The translations under genes were made by a program, and so were the position numbers. A stretch of DNA of 62,267 nucleotides, filler included, from Nitrospirae bacterium CG2_30_53_67 (lineage in GTDB: Bacteria > CG2-30-53-67): NCBI GenBank assembly GCA_001873285.1. It is 5 parts of 5 records of this genome, joined end to end, with 100 filler letters (N's around TTAATTAATTAA, not from the genome) between each part and the next. Parts side by side here need not be neighbours in the genome. Positions count along the whole stretch, not along the records: positions 39,074 to 50,606 come from MNYV01000022.1; positions 50,707 to 62,267 come from MNYV01000046.1; 3 more parts are not named here. The stretch is one strand, 5' to 3'. The notes below the pieces were generated by a model. It did not search any database, was not told the DNA's origin, and saw nothing but the letters and a program-made list of their open reading frames with translations. Positions 47,101-56,830 of the stretch are shown one piece after another (positions within the stretch are counted from its first letter, which is position 1; each line of letters starts with the position of its first letter).

Positions 47101-50100
47101 ATGTGCAGAGTCGAGATCATCACCGGCCCGCCTGGTTCAGGCAAAACGCAGGCCATCCTCAACGACATCCTTCCGGCCGTCCTGGAAAACCGCTGCCATA
47201 CGATCCTGATCCTGGTCTCCTCCAACCTCAAGGCCGAATCGATCCATGAGGCCATCCTCGCCGGAGCGGGAGTCAAGGGATTCATCGGACTCAGGATCAT
47301 GACCTTTCTCGACCTCTGCATGGAGATTTTTGACGGCTCTTCCCTTCCCGGCAGGGTGGGCGCCCCCCTGGTCCGCAAGTGGATGGTCCAGGCCGTCCTT
47401 GCTGAAATGCCTATGGAGCGCCTTTCAGGGCTCAGAGAGACCCGGGGCCTCATGGACCTGGCATCCGACTTCATTCGCACGCTTAAGGATGCAGGCGTCT
47501 CTTCAGAGGAGTTTCTGGAAAGATCCTCTTCGGCCCGGGCCTCACCCCGGATCATCGAGGCTGCAAACATCTATCATGAGTACGAAACCCGGCGCAGGGC
47601 CAGGGGCCTTCTGGACCGGGAGGATCTCTTTCCGCTGACAGCGGAGAGCCTCGGATTGAACCCCGGGCCCATGGCCGGCCTGCAAAAGATCTTTGTCACG
47701 GGATTCTATGACTTCACTCCGACTCAGCTTCGGCTGCTACTCGCCCTATCGGCCCTTCCAAGCCTGAAAAATCTCGTCATCACCCTGCCCTATCAGCACG
47801 GCGAAGGACCGGGCCCGGCATTCATCCGGCGGACGCTGAACCGGCTGGTCCGCACCTTACCGCATGCTTCGATTTCGACCCTCTCCCCGCTTGGAATAGA
47901 TCCCGGAAGCCCCCTTCATCACCTTGCGAGGCATTTTCTCGACAGCGGACAAACTCCCCTTCGTATCCCGTGCCGGGACTCCATCCGGATCCTGAAAATG
48001 CCCGGAACCTACAGGGAGGTGGAAGAAATCGCGAGAAAAATCCGCAGGCTCCAATGTGACCAGGGCCTCGGCTTCAAGGATTTCGCCGTGGTCTTCCGCA
48101 GCCTCCGGGACTACCAGGACAAGGTCCCGGAGGTCTTCCGCTCCCACGGCATCCCCATCCGCATGGGGAGCGGCCTCCCCCTGGGAAGCAACCCCTTCAT
48201 CCGAACGATCATGGGAATCCTGGAGATTCCCCTGAATGGATACCGGAGGGAATCCATCGTCCGGCTGATCCGCTCAGCCTATATCCGGTTCGACCCCCTC
48301 CTCAAGGAGAATCTTCCTCCCGAGCGGTTCGACACCCTTTCAAGAGAGGCCATGATCCATGGGGGCAAGGAGGAATGGGAGAGCCGATTTGCATCCAGGA
48401 TCCGGTACCTTGACCTGAACCGGAGACTGCTCCAGGAGGGGAACCTCCCGAGCGAGGAACTGGAGCAAAGAGAAGAACGCATAAAAGAAAATATAAAAAA
48501 GATCAAAGACTACCAAGCCTGCATGAAAATCATCCGGGCCCTGCTCAAGGCCATGGCGACCCTGTCCGGTCCGGCCCCACTGACGAGTTTCGTCACCGCC
48601 ATTTCCGACATCATCCGATCCTTCCATATGGAAGAACAGATCTCCGCAGGGAGCGATCTCCGTCTGATCCGCCGTGACCAGCGGGGCCTAAATGCCTTCA
48701 GGGAGCTTCTCATGCACATAGCTTATGAGCATGAGACGGCGCAAACCGGCCGGAAAATTTCGCTCTCCAAGTTTACAGGCATCCTGAACCATACCCTCTC
48801 CGAGGTCCAGTATGTCCCCGACCCGCCCATGGAAGACGCCGTGCTGGTCACCGACGCCCCGGGCATGCGCGGACTCAGAAGGCCCGTGGTCTTCATCGGC
48901 GGGCTCGTGGAAGAAGGCTTCCCTCGGGCCCATCCCTCCGACCCGCTCTTCCGGGAAAAAGACCGGGCCGCCCTGAACAAAACCCTGAGTCAAAACCGGT
49001 GGATCACCCTCGCCTCGGATCGGCGTGAAGAAGAAGAGGTCCTTTTCCTCCTATGCGCCGCCTCGGCGACCCGGGCCCTCTATCTCACCTATCCCCGCAC
49101 CGATGCCGATGGACGGGAGATTCCGGCCTCCCGGTTCTTGGACCGAGTGAGGGACCTTTTTGAAGAGGGCTCCATCCGAGAGCAGGAGATCTCCATCCAT
49201 GATACGCTCCCGGACCGGGAAGAGATCTTCAGGGACAAGGATCTCCTGGAGTACACCTTCCTGAACCTCTGCCGCCCTGCATCTAAAAACCCGGACGTCC
49301 CCTCCCTGTTCAACCTTCTGCTCAGGACACGGCGGGATCAGATCGGAAAGATTCTGCACGGACTCCGGGTGATTGAGGTTAGAAACCAGGGCGAAGGACC
49401 CTACTCGGGTCTTCTCGGACCCGAGGCCGCGGCGCTCCTCCGGAAGGAGGAGGCCCCCTTCTCGGTCACGGCGCTGGAGCGCTACGGGGTATGTCCCTTT
49501 GACTACTTCTGCGAACGAGAGCTTAAGCTCCTGCCCTTGGAAGAGGTGGAAGATGAGGTGGAGGTTAGGGACCTGGGAAGCCTTTACCATCGGATCCTTC
49601 AGCGCTTCTATGCCGGCCATGTCCAGGAAACCGGGACAGGCATCACCGAGAATAACCTTGAACAGGCAAGGAAGAACCTGCACCGGATTGTGGAAGAGGA
49701 GCTCAACAGGGCAGAGGCCAAGGGAGTGCCGGGGCACAGACAGATCTGGAAGATACGGAAAGAGGAGGTCCATCGGACCCTGGACCGGTTCCTCAATCAG
49801 GAGATGGAGGAACACCGGAAAACCGGGGAGGTGCCGTCGCACTTCGAGGTCTGTTTCGGCATGAGACCCTTTTCTCAGAGCGATCCCCTCTCCGCCGCCG
49901 ACCCGCTCACCATCGATTCCGACACCGGATCGGTCCGGATTCTCGGCAAGGTGGACCGGATCGACCTCAGCGCGGCCGGCAGCAGACCGATCTTCTCCAT
50001 CGTGGATTACAAGTCCGGGAACAAAGCCCCGAACAGAGCCGATATTGAGCGGGGTGTGAGCCTTCAGCTCCCGGTCTATGCCGCATGGGCCAGGACGATC

Positions 50101-50328
50101 TTTTCCAATCAACGGGAGATGCAGAGCGGCTCTTTTTATCTTCTTCGCTCCGGGGAAAAGAAGATACAGATCCAGGCCGATGACGCCCTTGACGGCCTCA
50201 TGGAGGCATCCATGCGGCACATCCGGGAATATGCAGGGGCCATCCGGCAGGGCCGGTTCCCCCTCAACCCGAAGAAGTGTGAGGACTTCTGTGACTATCG
50301 GCACATCTGCAGGTTCCGGGAGGCGTGA
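47101..50328 (+). CDS. addB: AddB-like helicase-fold / PD-(D/E)XK nuclease subunit
   Basis: GPPGSGKT, GKVDRID, VDYKSG, LQLPVY, Fe-S cysteines CPF...C..FC.Y..IC. Confidence 0.82.
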   Translation: MCRVEIITGPPGSGKTQAILNDILPAVLENRCHTILILVSSNLKAESIHEAILAGAGVKGFIGLRIMTFLDLCMEIFDGSSLPGRVGAPLVRKWMVQAVLAEMPMERLSGLRETRGLMDLASDFIRTLKDAGVSSEEFLERSSSARASPRIIEAANIYHEYETRRRARGLLDREDLFPLTAESLGLNPGPMAGLQKIFVTGFYDFTPTQLRLLLALSALPSLKNLVITLPYQHGEGPGPAFIRRTLNRLVRTLPHASISTLSPLGIDPGSPLHHLARHFLDSGQTPLRIPCRDSIRILKMPGTYREVEEIARKIRRLQCDQGLGFKDFAVVFRSLRDYQDKVPEVFRSHGIPIRMGSGLPLGSNPFIRTIMGILEIPLNGYRRESIVRLIRSAYIRFDPLLKENLPPERFDTLSREAMIHGGKEEWESRFASRIRYLDLNRRLLQEGNLPSEELEQREERIKENIKKIKDYQACMKIIRALLKAMATLSGPAPLTSFVTAISDIIRSFHMEEQISAGSDLRLIRRDQRGLNAFRELLMHIAYEHETAQTGRKISLSKFTGILNHTLSEVQYVPDPPMEDAVLVTDAPGMRGLRRPVVFIGGLVEEGFPRAHPSDPLFREKDRAALNKTLSQNRWITLASDRREEEEVLFLLCAASATRALYLTYPRTDADGREIPASRFLDRVRDLFEEGSIREQEISIHDTLPDREEIFRDKDLLEYTFLNLCRPASKNPDVPSLFNLLLRTRRDQIGKILHGLRVIEVRNQGEGPYSGLLGPEAAALLRKEEAPFSVTALERYGVCPFDYFCERELKLLPLEEVEDEVEVRDLGSLYHRILQRFYAGHVQETGTGITENNLEQARKNLHRIVEEELNRAEAKGVPGHRQIWKIRKEEVHRTLDRFLNQEMEEHRKTGEVPSHFEVCFGMRPFSQSDPLSAADPLTIDSDTGSVRILGKVDRIDLSAAGSRPIFSIVDYKSGNKAPNRADIERGVSLQLPVYAAWARTIFSNQREMQSGSFYLLRSGEKKIQIQADDALDGLMEASMRHIREYAGAIRQGRFPLNPKKCEDFCDYRHICRFREA

Positions 50329-50425
50329 AGCTCCCGCACCTTTATCCCGTTAGGAGTTATGCAAGTTTGAAGTTTATTAAGACTTCTAACGTGTGAATCT
50401 TCTCCCCAAAGGGGATATGACATAA

Positions 50426-50606
50426 GGATCATCTCCAAAAGAGCGGGTGAAAACATCAGGGGTCAAGGGGTCAAGGATTCCAGGGGTCAAGTGAAGTGCT
50501 AAAATCATAAGGGGCCGAGGATTATAGGGTCCAAGGGTTCCAGTGTTTTTCTCTGAAGATTTTGCTTGCGTTTCAGTATCTCACTTGAACCCTTGACCCC
50601 TCGACC
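50426..50606. mobile_element. GGGTCAAG-repeat element, copy E (truncated by gap)
   Basis: Starts GGATCATCTCCAAAAGAGCGGGTGAAAACATCAGG; near-identical to copy C. Confidence 0.85.
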
Positions 50607-50706
50607 NNNNNNNNNNNNNNNNNNNNNNNNNNNNNNNNNNNNNNNNNNNNTTAATTAATTAANNNNNNNNNNNNNNNNNNNNNNNNNNNNNNNNNNNNNN
50701 NNNNNN
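50607..50706. other. Assembly gap spacer
   Basis: N44-TTAATTAATTAA-N44. Confidence 0.98.
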
Positions 50707-50968
50707 CCGTCGGGTTGTGGGCTGGTCCATGAGTCATCGGATAAACAAGAAACGGGTCATGGATGCGCTGCGCATGGGGATTGGGCACCGTCGTCCGGCC
50801 CCTGGTTTGATCCTGCATTCAGATCGGGGAAGCCAATATTGCAGTCATGCTTTTCAAAAGCTCCTCGAAATGAACGGCATGATTAGCAGCATGAGCCGGA
50901 AAGGTGATTGCTGGGATAACGCAGTGGCTGAAAGTTTCTTTAAACAAATAGGGACAGCGACCATTTAA
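50707..50968 (+). pseudogene. IS3-family transposase (rve/DDE) fragment
   Basis: [31 protein letters not shown], then abrupt end. Confidence 0.9.
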
Positions 50969-51003
50969 ATAACGGTCGCTATCCCTATTTTGGTCCCTAT
51001 TTT
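50946..51003. repeat. GGGAC-type hairpin truncating the IS3 fragment
   Basis: AAATAGGGACAGCGACC, 11 nt, GGTCGCTATCCCTATTT (16/17), then a duplicated TCCCTATTTT. Confidence 0.7.
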
Positions 51004-51357
51004 GCGCGAGTTGGTATTTTAATGGTCAAACTGCGGGATATCTTAATTCATCAGGGAAGTCAGAAAAAGAAAAACATTATAACGATCCGTTGCAGGGATG
51101 TGCATCATATATAAAGAAAGTAATGGAAGACTTAATAAAGACAAAAGAAAAATGAAAGAGGAGATAACCAGTCAGTGCAGCTGAAATCGAACCGGCGGTG
51201 ATGAATTTTGCTTTCGATATTTTTTGATGTTCAAATTGTCATGTTGCATGTTAATATTTATAAGGGTTCGATTCACGGACTTCTACGTTATTGAGTCAAA
51301 ACGTTTATGAATAGTAGATTGTGTCACTATTTCTATCGATGGAACGGAGGGCACCCC

Positions 51358-52605
51358 ATGCGAAATTTATCCCTAACACTCATCATCACAATTGTCCTGG
51401 CAGGCTGCGCCGTGGCCCCGCCCGCTCCCAATACCCCTGCCTACAAACCCACCCAACCGACAACCAAGGTACAGCCGCTCAACACTGAGAAGACGGTACA
51501 GACGGCGGCAACGGGGGATTCGCTGCAGGCCGCTTCGGCCCCCGAGACCAGGCCCCAGGCCACCGGCACGCCCGAGGATGCTCGGCGGCACATACTGCGG
51601 GGAATGGCCGCCATCGAGATGGCCAAGTCCAGTGACGATATGGCGTTGGCCGAGGATGAGTTCCGGATGGCAACGGAGATCGCCCCCCAGATGGGGGTCG
51701 CCTGGTTCAATTTGGGGAAGGTGCAGTCGCAGTTGGGACGGTATGGCGACGCCATCGCCAGTTACCGTCAGTACCTCGCCGTCTCCCCCGGGGCAGAGGA
51801 TGCGCAGAGGGTGCGTGATGAGATCGTCAAGATCGAATTCAAGCAGGAACAGGCGGCGAAGGAAAGGGAGCGGGCCGGTACCTGGGTCGGACGGGACGGT
51901 GCCTGGTACGCGCTGGCCCTGGACGGGAACCGGATGACCCTTAAGACCGACAGCCGGCCGGTGTCCGAGGACGAGTGCCGCTCTACCTATACGCTGGTGG
52001 GCAACGTCCCCATAAACGCCCTCGTCCATGCCGAGTACCAGTTGGTGTTGCGGGGTAACCGTCTCACCGGCACCTGGAGCAGGGGACCGGTCCCGGCGGA
52101 CAAATGCACCATCCCTCCCGATACCGCGGAGGTGGAGGGGGAGTTGAGAGACAAGGACGGTATGATGGTGCTGCGTCATGAGCGCACGAGTTTCAAGGCC
52201 GTGACGCAGATGTCCCTGCTGGGGGACGACAGTTGCGCGGGGGTAGAGCCCGGCGCGAGGAAAATGGTAGAAGACGTTATCTACGGGCCCCTTGGGCCGG
52301 GCGGACTGGGTGTCAGGCTCGATGGCCTCACCTCGTGGTGGGACGGCGGTTTCTCCATGGTCCACTATGGCTGGCAGGGGCGTCTGAAGGTGGGAGTTAA
52401 GGAGGGATCAGCGGCCTATGGGGCGGGGCTGCGGGACGAGGATGAGATCCTGGCCATCGACGGCGTGCCTGTCAACAGCCTCAACGCCGGGGAGGCGGTC
52501 AGGAACCTGCACGGAGAGGTCGGTACCGTTGTCACCCTGGATATCCGGCGCAAGGGGGTAGTGGAGCCGATTTCCCTGACGGTCCAGCGGATCAGTTTGC
52601 AGTAA
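51358..52605 (+). CDS. Lipoprotein with TPR repeats and C-terminal PDZ domain
   Basis: Lipobox LAGC; AWFNLG...A...Y..YL...P; GSAA..AGL...DEILAIDG. Confidence 0.8.
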   Translation: MRNLSLTLIITIVLAGCAVAPPAPNTPAYKPTQPTTKVQPLNTEKTVQTAATGDSLQAASAPETRPQATGTPEDARRHILRGMAAIEMAKSSDDMALAEDEFRMATEIAPQMGVAWFNLGKVQSQLGRYGDAIASYRQYLAVSPGAEDAQRVRDEIVKIEFKQEQAAKERERAGTWVGRDGAWYALALDGNRMTLKTDSRPVSEDECRSTYTLVGNVPINALVHAEYQLVLRGNRLTGTWSRGPVPADKCTIPPDTAEVEGELRDKDGMMVLRHERTSFKAVTQMSLLGDDSCAGVEPGARKMVEDVIYGPLGPGGLGVRLDGLTSWWDGGFSMVHYGWQGRLKVGVKEGSAAYGAGLRDEDEILAIDGVPVNSLNAGEAVRNLHGEVGTVVTLDIRRKGVVEPISLTVQRISLQ

Positions 52606-52662
52606 TCCTTCAGGGCGCTGTCCCGAGCGGCCCATGGATGGGATGGTGAAAGAGGAGGAAGG

Positions 52663-54198
52663 ATGAAGTCGACAACCTCACGGAGGGGCGCCAGTCACGT
52701 TATGGCCGCGGCACTGCTTCTGGCACTTGCGGCTGACCCTCTTTGTACCTACGCCGGGGGCGTCCCGACGGTACCGGGCCCTTCCATGGACTGCGAGGGA
52801 TCTGTGCAGGCCCTGGCGATGCAGGGCTACAACTGTTCCTGTGCCGGGGGGCAGTTGAACTGCGGCGGCTCATCGGTGAAGGGGCACACCCATTCCGATT
52901 CCGCCAACCTGAATGCCATGCTCGTGGGAGGGATCGTCGAGGGGATGCTCTCCTCTATGTTCGCTCCGCCGAAGAAAAACAGCAACTGGCAGGATTCCCT
53001 GCTGGAACAGCATGATGCCGCCGCCCGGGCAGCCCGCCAGGCGGAAGAGTGGCGCCAGTCCAGGGACGATGAGTTCCAGGCCGGCCGTGGGAACATGATG
53101 GGGGCGTTCAAGCAACTGGAGGGGGCGCAGCTCTCCGTCAGCGATGGCGATGGGGAGGGGCTGGACTTCAAGACCCTTGACGGGGAGATGGAGTCCCTGG
53201 CCGCCGGCGCCAAAAAGCCCTTCGACACTGCTGGGGTGATGACGGGACCGGTCCCCGCGGTATCGGCAGGCGCCACCCCCTTCTTCGGGGACACTATGCC
53301 GGAGACGGATCTTCGGCTGCTGGTGGACCCGGAGAACGACCCGAGGGTGGTGGATCTGAGAAGCGCCGTCACCTACGTCGTCGGCAATCTGGAAAAGGAT
53401 GCCTCAACGACGGCCGTCAACAGCAGCCCCCGCCAGCCCAATGGGAACGGCGAACCGATCATCGAACCCCCGGACTGTAAAGGGCTTGCCCGCAAGTTGA
53501 ACGGCTTCATCGAGCAGCGGAGCAGGTTTAACAAGACCATCCTCCTGGCCCAGGGCCAGTTGGACGACTGGAAGTCCACCAACCGCAACGCCTTGGTGAA
53601 TGCCGCCAAGGACGGCATCGAGTACTTTACCGGGAATCTGCTGGAAAGCCTTACCAACCGTGGAAAGGCGGCGGAGCGTCTTCAGATGATCTACACGCGT
53701 AACGCCGCGAAGATGGCGGAGGAAGGCGTCGATATCCTGGCCCTGGAGGCAAAAATCCAGCGCTTGAATATGATCTCCTCGGCGGGCAAGGTTGCCGAGG
53801 TCACCAGCAGCATCAACGACTGGCAGACCTTCATCAAGGACGGTATGTCGGCGCTGATCATGCAACTCAATGCGTCGAACGAGGAGGTGAATCAGATCCT
53901 CGAAGACCCGAAGATGCAGAAGTATTTCGAAACGGAGAGCCCGGAGCTGAAGACGCTGCTGGATATCACCAAGATGGCGGCAGCCCAAAAGGTCTTCGGG
54001 AAGTGGGTTGCCAGGCAGCTGCCCATCATTGGGGGGGTGGAAATCGGGATCAAGCAGTTGTACAACGGCACGGAGTGGGCAACCAGCTTTTACATGATGG
54101 CCGACGCCAACAATATCAACGGCAAGGTCATGAATAGCGCCAGATCCCTCCAGAAGCGGATCGACGATACGCGAATCGAGCTGGGGGCCTGTCCGTAA
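52663..54198 (+). CDS. Hypothetical secreted protein
   Basis: Signal-like N-terminus, four-Cys motif, helical C-terminal half; GAGGAGG RBS. Confidence 0.7.
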   Translation: MKSTTSRRGASHVMAAALLLALAADPLCTYAGGVPTVPGPSMDCEGSVQALAMQGYNCSCAGGQLNCGGSSVKGHTHSDSANLNAMLVGGIVEGMLSSMFAPPKKNSNWQDSLLEQHDAAARAARQAEEWRQSRDDEFQAGRGNMMGAFKQLEGAQLSVSDGDGEGLDFKTLDGEMESLAAGAKKPFDTAGVMTGPVPAVSAGATPFFGDTMPETDLRLLVDPENDPRVVDLRSAVTYVVGNLEKDASTTAVNSSPRQPNGNGEPIIEPPDCKGLARKLNGFIEQRSRFNKTILLAQGQLDDWKSTNRNALVNAAKDGIEYFTGNLLESLTNRGKAAERLQMIYTRNAAKMAEEGVDILALEAKIQRLNMISSAGKVAEVTSSINDWQTFIKDGMSALIMQLNASNEEVNQILEDPKMQKYFETESPELKTLLDITKMAAAQKVFGKWVARQLPIIGGVEIGIKQLYNGTEWATSFYMMADANNINGKVMNSARSLQKRIDDTRIELGACP

Positions 54199-54390
54199 AA
54201 CGGGTGTGGAGGGAAAGAGGGGTCAAGTCTCTGCTTGGCTCATCTTTCGTGCGACAGGAACTAAGAGGACGTCCATAAAATTATAAAATAGTAATCGGGC
54301 GAAAAAAAGAAACTTTTGATTTTATATCCCCCGTCCCACCCTTTATCTTCAAAACATATTATATAGAACGACCGAAGTCTTGGACTGTTT

Positions 54391-54653
54391 GTCATTGTCC
54401 GGCCTGCCCTCGGTTTACCGGGGCTCGACCGGACAATCCGTTTAATGGCTGAATTCCCCGATGGAGAGACGGTGTCGTAATTAGTAGGGCTAATCGTTCT
54501 GATGTCATTCCGGCATGCTTGGAGCCGGAATCCATGGAATTCAAAAGCGATAATTGTTTTGGACCCCGGCTAAAGACTTGCCGGGGTGACAGAACAAATA
54601 TACAATCGGCCTAAGACATGCAATATGATACTGCCTCCGAGTCGAGGAATGAC
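54391..54653. repeat. Three-level nested REP/MITE composite
   Basis: Same outer pair as 24106-24268; inner element GAGACGGTGTCGTAA...ATATGATACTGCCTC holding a GTCATTCCGG..CCGGAATCCA / TGGACCCCGG..CCGGGGTGAC pair. Confidence 0.75.
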
Positions 54654-54706
54654 CAGATGAGGTCTGCTTCTTTCTTCCTGACAGGGCCCGGGTTATTTTA
54701 TCCGGT

Positions 54707-54735
54707 TTGCTAAATCAGGCTTGAATCATTATAAT
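54707..54735 (+). promoter_or_regulatory. Putative sigma70 promoter for the LapA-like gene and tamAB
   Basis: TTGCTA, 17 nt, TATAAT. Confidence 0.55.
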
Positions 54736-54805
54736 AGAATCTTTGGTTCAGCAGGCCAGTAATGAGGCCTTGAACCATGTGACAACCGGAGAGGAGGGAT
54801 TCTAT

Positions 54806-55045
54806 ATGTTTAAATATTTCAAAGGTGACACAGGAAAAACAAGTCTGAAAACGATGATCATCATGGTTTTGCTTCTGATCTTTGCTCTCTTCTTATTCCA
54901 GAATTCAGAGTCTGTTGAGATCCGTTTCTTTTTCTGGGAAATGACCCTGTCGAAAATCTTTTTAGCGCTAATCTCTTTTCTCCTGGGCGGGCTTATCGGG
55001 GTGTGGGCCGGGTGGGGCCTGTTCAGAGAAAAACAAAAAGTATAA
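54806..55045 (+). CDS. LapA/DUF1049-family membrane protein
   Basis: TM-FQN...V.I.FFFW-TM-LGG; GGAGG RBS. Confidence 0.8.
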   Translation: MFKYFKGDTGKTSLKTMIIMVLLLIFALFLFQNSESVEIRFFFWEMTLSKIFLALISFLLGGLIGVWAGWGLFREKQKV

Positions 55046-55075
55046 AAAAATCGATCTTCAGGTGCGGGGACCTCT

Positions 55076-56830
55076 GTGCGGGTGATCTATACCATGCGTG
55101 ACCATGAAAAAATTGTTTTTTTTATGGCCTTTATCGTGATCGTTCTTTCAGTGGGTGCAGAAGCGGGCGTTCAGGTCACGGTTGAAGGGGTTAGCGGGCC
55201 CATGCTGAAAAATGTCCTGGCTTACCTCAGCATTGAACAGCAGAAAAACCATCCTGATCTATCCGAAGGGCTGATCAGGAAGCTGCATGAACGGGCGGCG
55301 GACGAGATCCGGTCTGCACTCCGGCCCTTTGGATACTACATGCCGGGCATCCAGGTGGATCTCTCCGGTAATGATTCACTCTGGCACGTCCGATACAAAA
55401 TAGACCCCGGCGAACCTGTCCGGATCACCCGGGTTGATTTTCGGATGACCGGTCCCGGCGCCGAGGATGAAAGCTTTCAAACTTTGTCTGAGAACTTTCC
55501 CGTCAGGGAGGGCGATGTCCTCGAAGATGCGGTCTATGAAAAGGCAAAGCGCACATTACAGGAACTTGCCGAAAAAAGGGGTTATCTGGATGCAGAACTG
55601 ATCGAGCACCGGGTCGATGTTACGCTGGAGGATAAGTCTGCGGTTATCCATCTGCATATGGATACCGGTCCCCGTTACCATTTCGGAGACGTCACCATCC
55701 ATCAGGAGGTATTCAGACCGGAGTTTATTTCACGATTTGTCCATCTTGAGAGAGGTGATCCCTATACCCTCGATGCACTTTACCATTTGCAGAACGATCT
55801 CAATGACAGTGATTATTTCGACCGGGTCGACATAAAGGCCGGCCGTGATCAGGCCGAGGGGGTGGAGGTTCCTGTGGATGTCACCCTTGAACACAGGAAA
55901 CGGGATAAATATACCGCAGGGGTCGGCTATGGCACGGATACCGGTGTGCGGGGAAGCCTGGGGTGGGAGAACCGATGGGTCAATTCATGGGGCCACAAGA
56001 TGAATGCAGAGCTGAGGCTTTCTGAAATCAAAAACAGCGTGACCACCCGGTATGTCGTTCCTCTTAAGAATCCGACCACCGACCACCTGGATTATACGGC
56101 CGGGTGGTTCAATGAGAGGACCGACACCAGCAGCAGTGAGACGTATCTCATGGGAGTCAGCCATATCCATATTCGCAATGAGTGGAAGCAGACGGTATAT
56201 ATCAATTATCAGGAGGAGAGATTTACCGTAGGCGACCAGGATGGACGCTCCAACCTCCTCCTGCCCGGGATAAGCTGGGCACGGGTCAAGGCAGATAACC
56301 GCATCTACACAACCAGGGGGTACCGGCTCTTTTTCGACATCCGGGGGGCGCATAAAACCCTGCTTTCAGACGCCTCGTTTATCCAGGCAAGAGTTCAGAC
56401 CAAACTGATCCATGGTGTGGGAGAGTCCGGCAGGATCATCCTGCGGGGCGATGGGGGGGCGACCCGGGTCGATAAGTTCTCGGATCTGCCGGCTTCGGTA
56501 CGTTTCTTTGCCGGGGGTGACCAGAGCGTGAGAGGATATGCCTACAATACCCTCGGCCCTACAAACGACGCAGGGGATGTCGTCGGAGGAAAATATCTGC
56601 TTGTCGGGAGCGCGGAATACGAGCATATCATGGTCGGCAAATGGAGTGCCGCAGTATTTTATGATATTGGAAACGCTATCGATAACTTTTCTGACCCGTA
56701 CAAAAAAGGGGCAGGTTTCGGTATCCGGTGGAAGTCCCCTGTGGGGCTGATCCGCTGTGACCTTGCCTCCGGCATCAGCGACCCGGGCCATCCCTGGCGC
56801 CTGCATCTGACCATAGGGCCTGACCTATGA
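55076..56830 (+). CDS. tamA: Translocation and assembly module TamA
   Basis: POTRA region, GYGTDTG, RFFAGGDQSVRGY, SPVG.IR.D, IGPDL. Confidence 0.93.
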   Translation: MRVIYTMRDHEKIVFFMAFIVIVLSVGAEAGVQVTVEGVSGPMLKNVLAYLSIEQQKNHPDLSEGLIRKLHERAADEIRSALRPFGYYMPGIQVDLSGNDSLWHVRYKIDPGEPVRITRVDFRMTGPGAEDESFQTLSENFPVREGDVLEDAVYEKAKRTLQELAEKRGYLDAELIEHRVDVTLEDKSAVIHLHMDTGPRYHFGDVTIHQEVFRPEFISRFVHLERGDPYTLDALYHLQNDLNDSDYFDRVDIKAGRDQAEGVEVPVDVTLEHRKRDKYTAGVGYGTDTGVRGSLGWENRWVNSWGHKMNAELRLSEIKNSVTTRYVVPLKNPTTDHLDYTAGWFNERTDTSSSETYLMGVSHIHIRNEWKQTVYINYQEERFTVGDQDGRSNLLLPGISWARVKADNRIYTTRGYRLFFDIRGAHKTLLSDASFIQARVQTKLIHGVGESGRIILRGDGGATRVDKFSDLPASVRFFAGGDQSVRGYAYNTLGPTNDAGDVVGGKYLLVGSAEYEHIMVGKWSAAVFYDIGNAIDNFSDPYKKGAGFGIRWKSPVGLIRCDLASGISDPGHPWRLHLTIGPDL

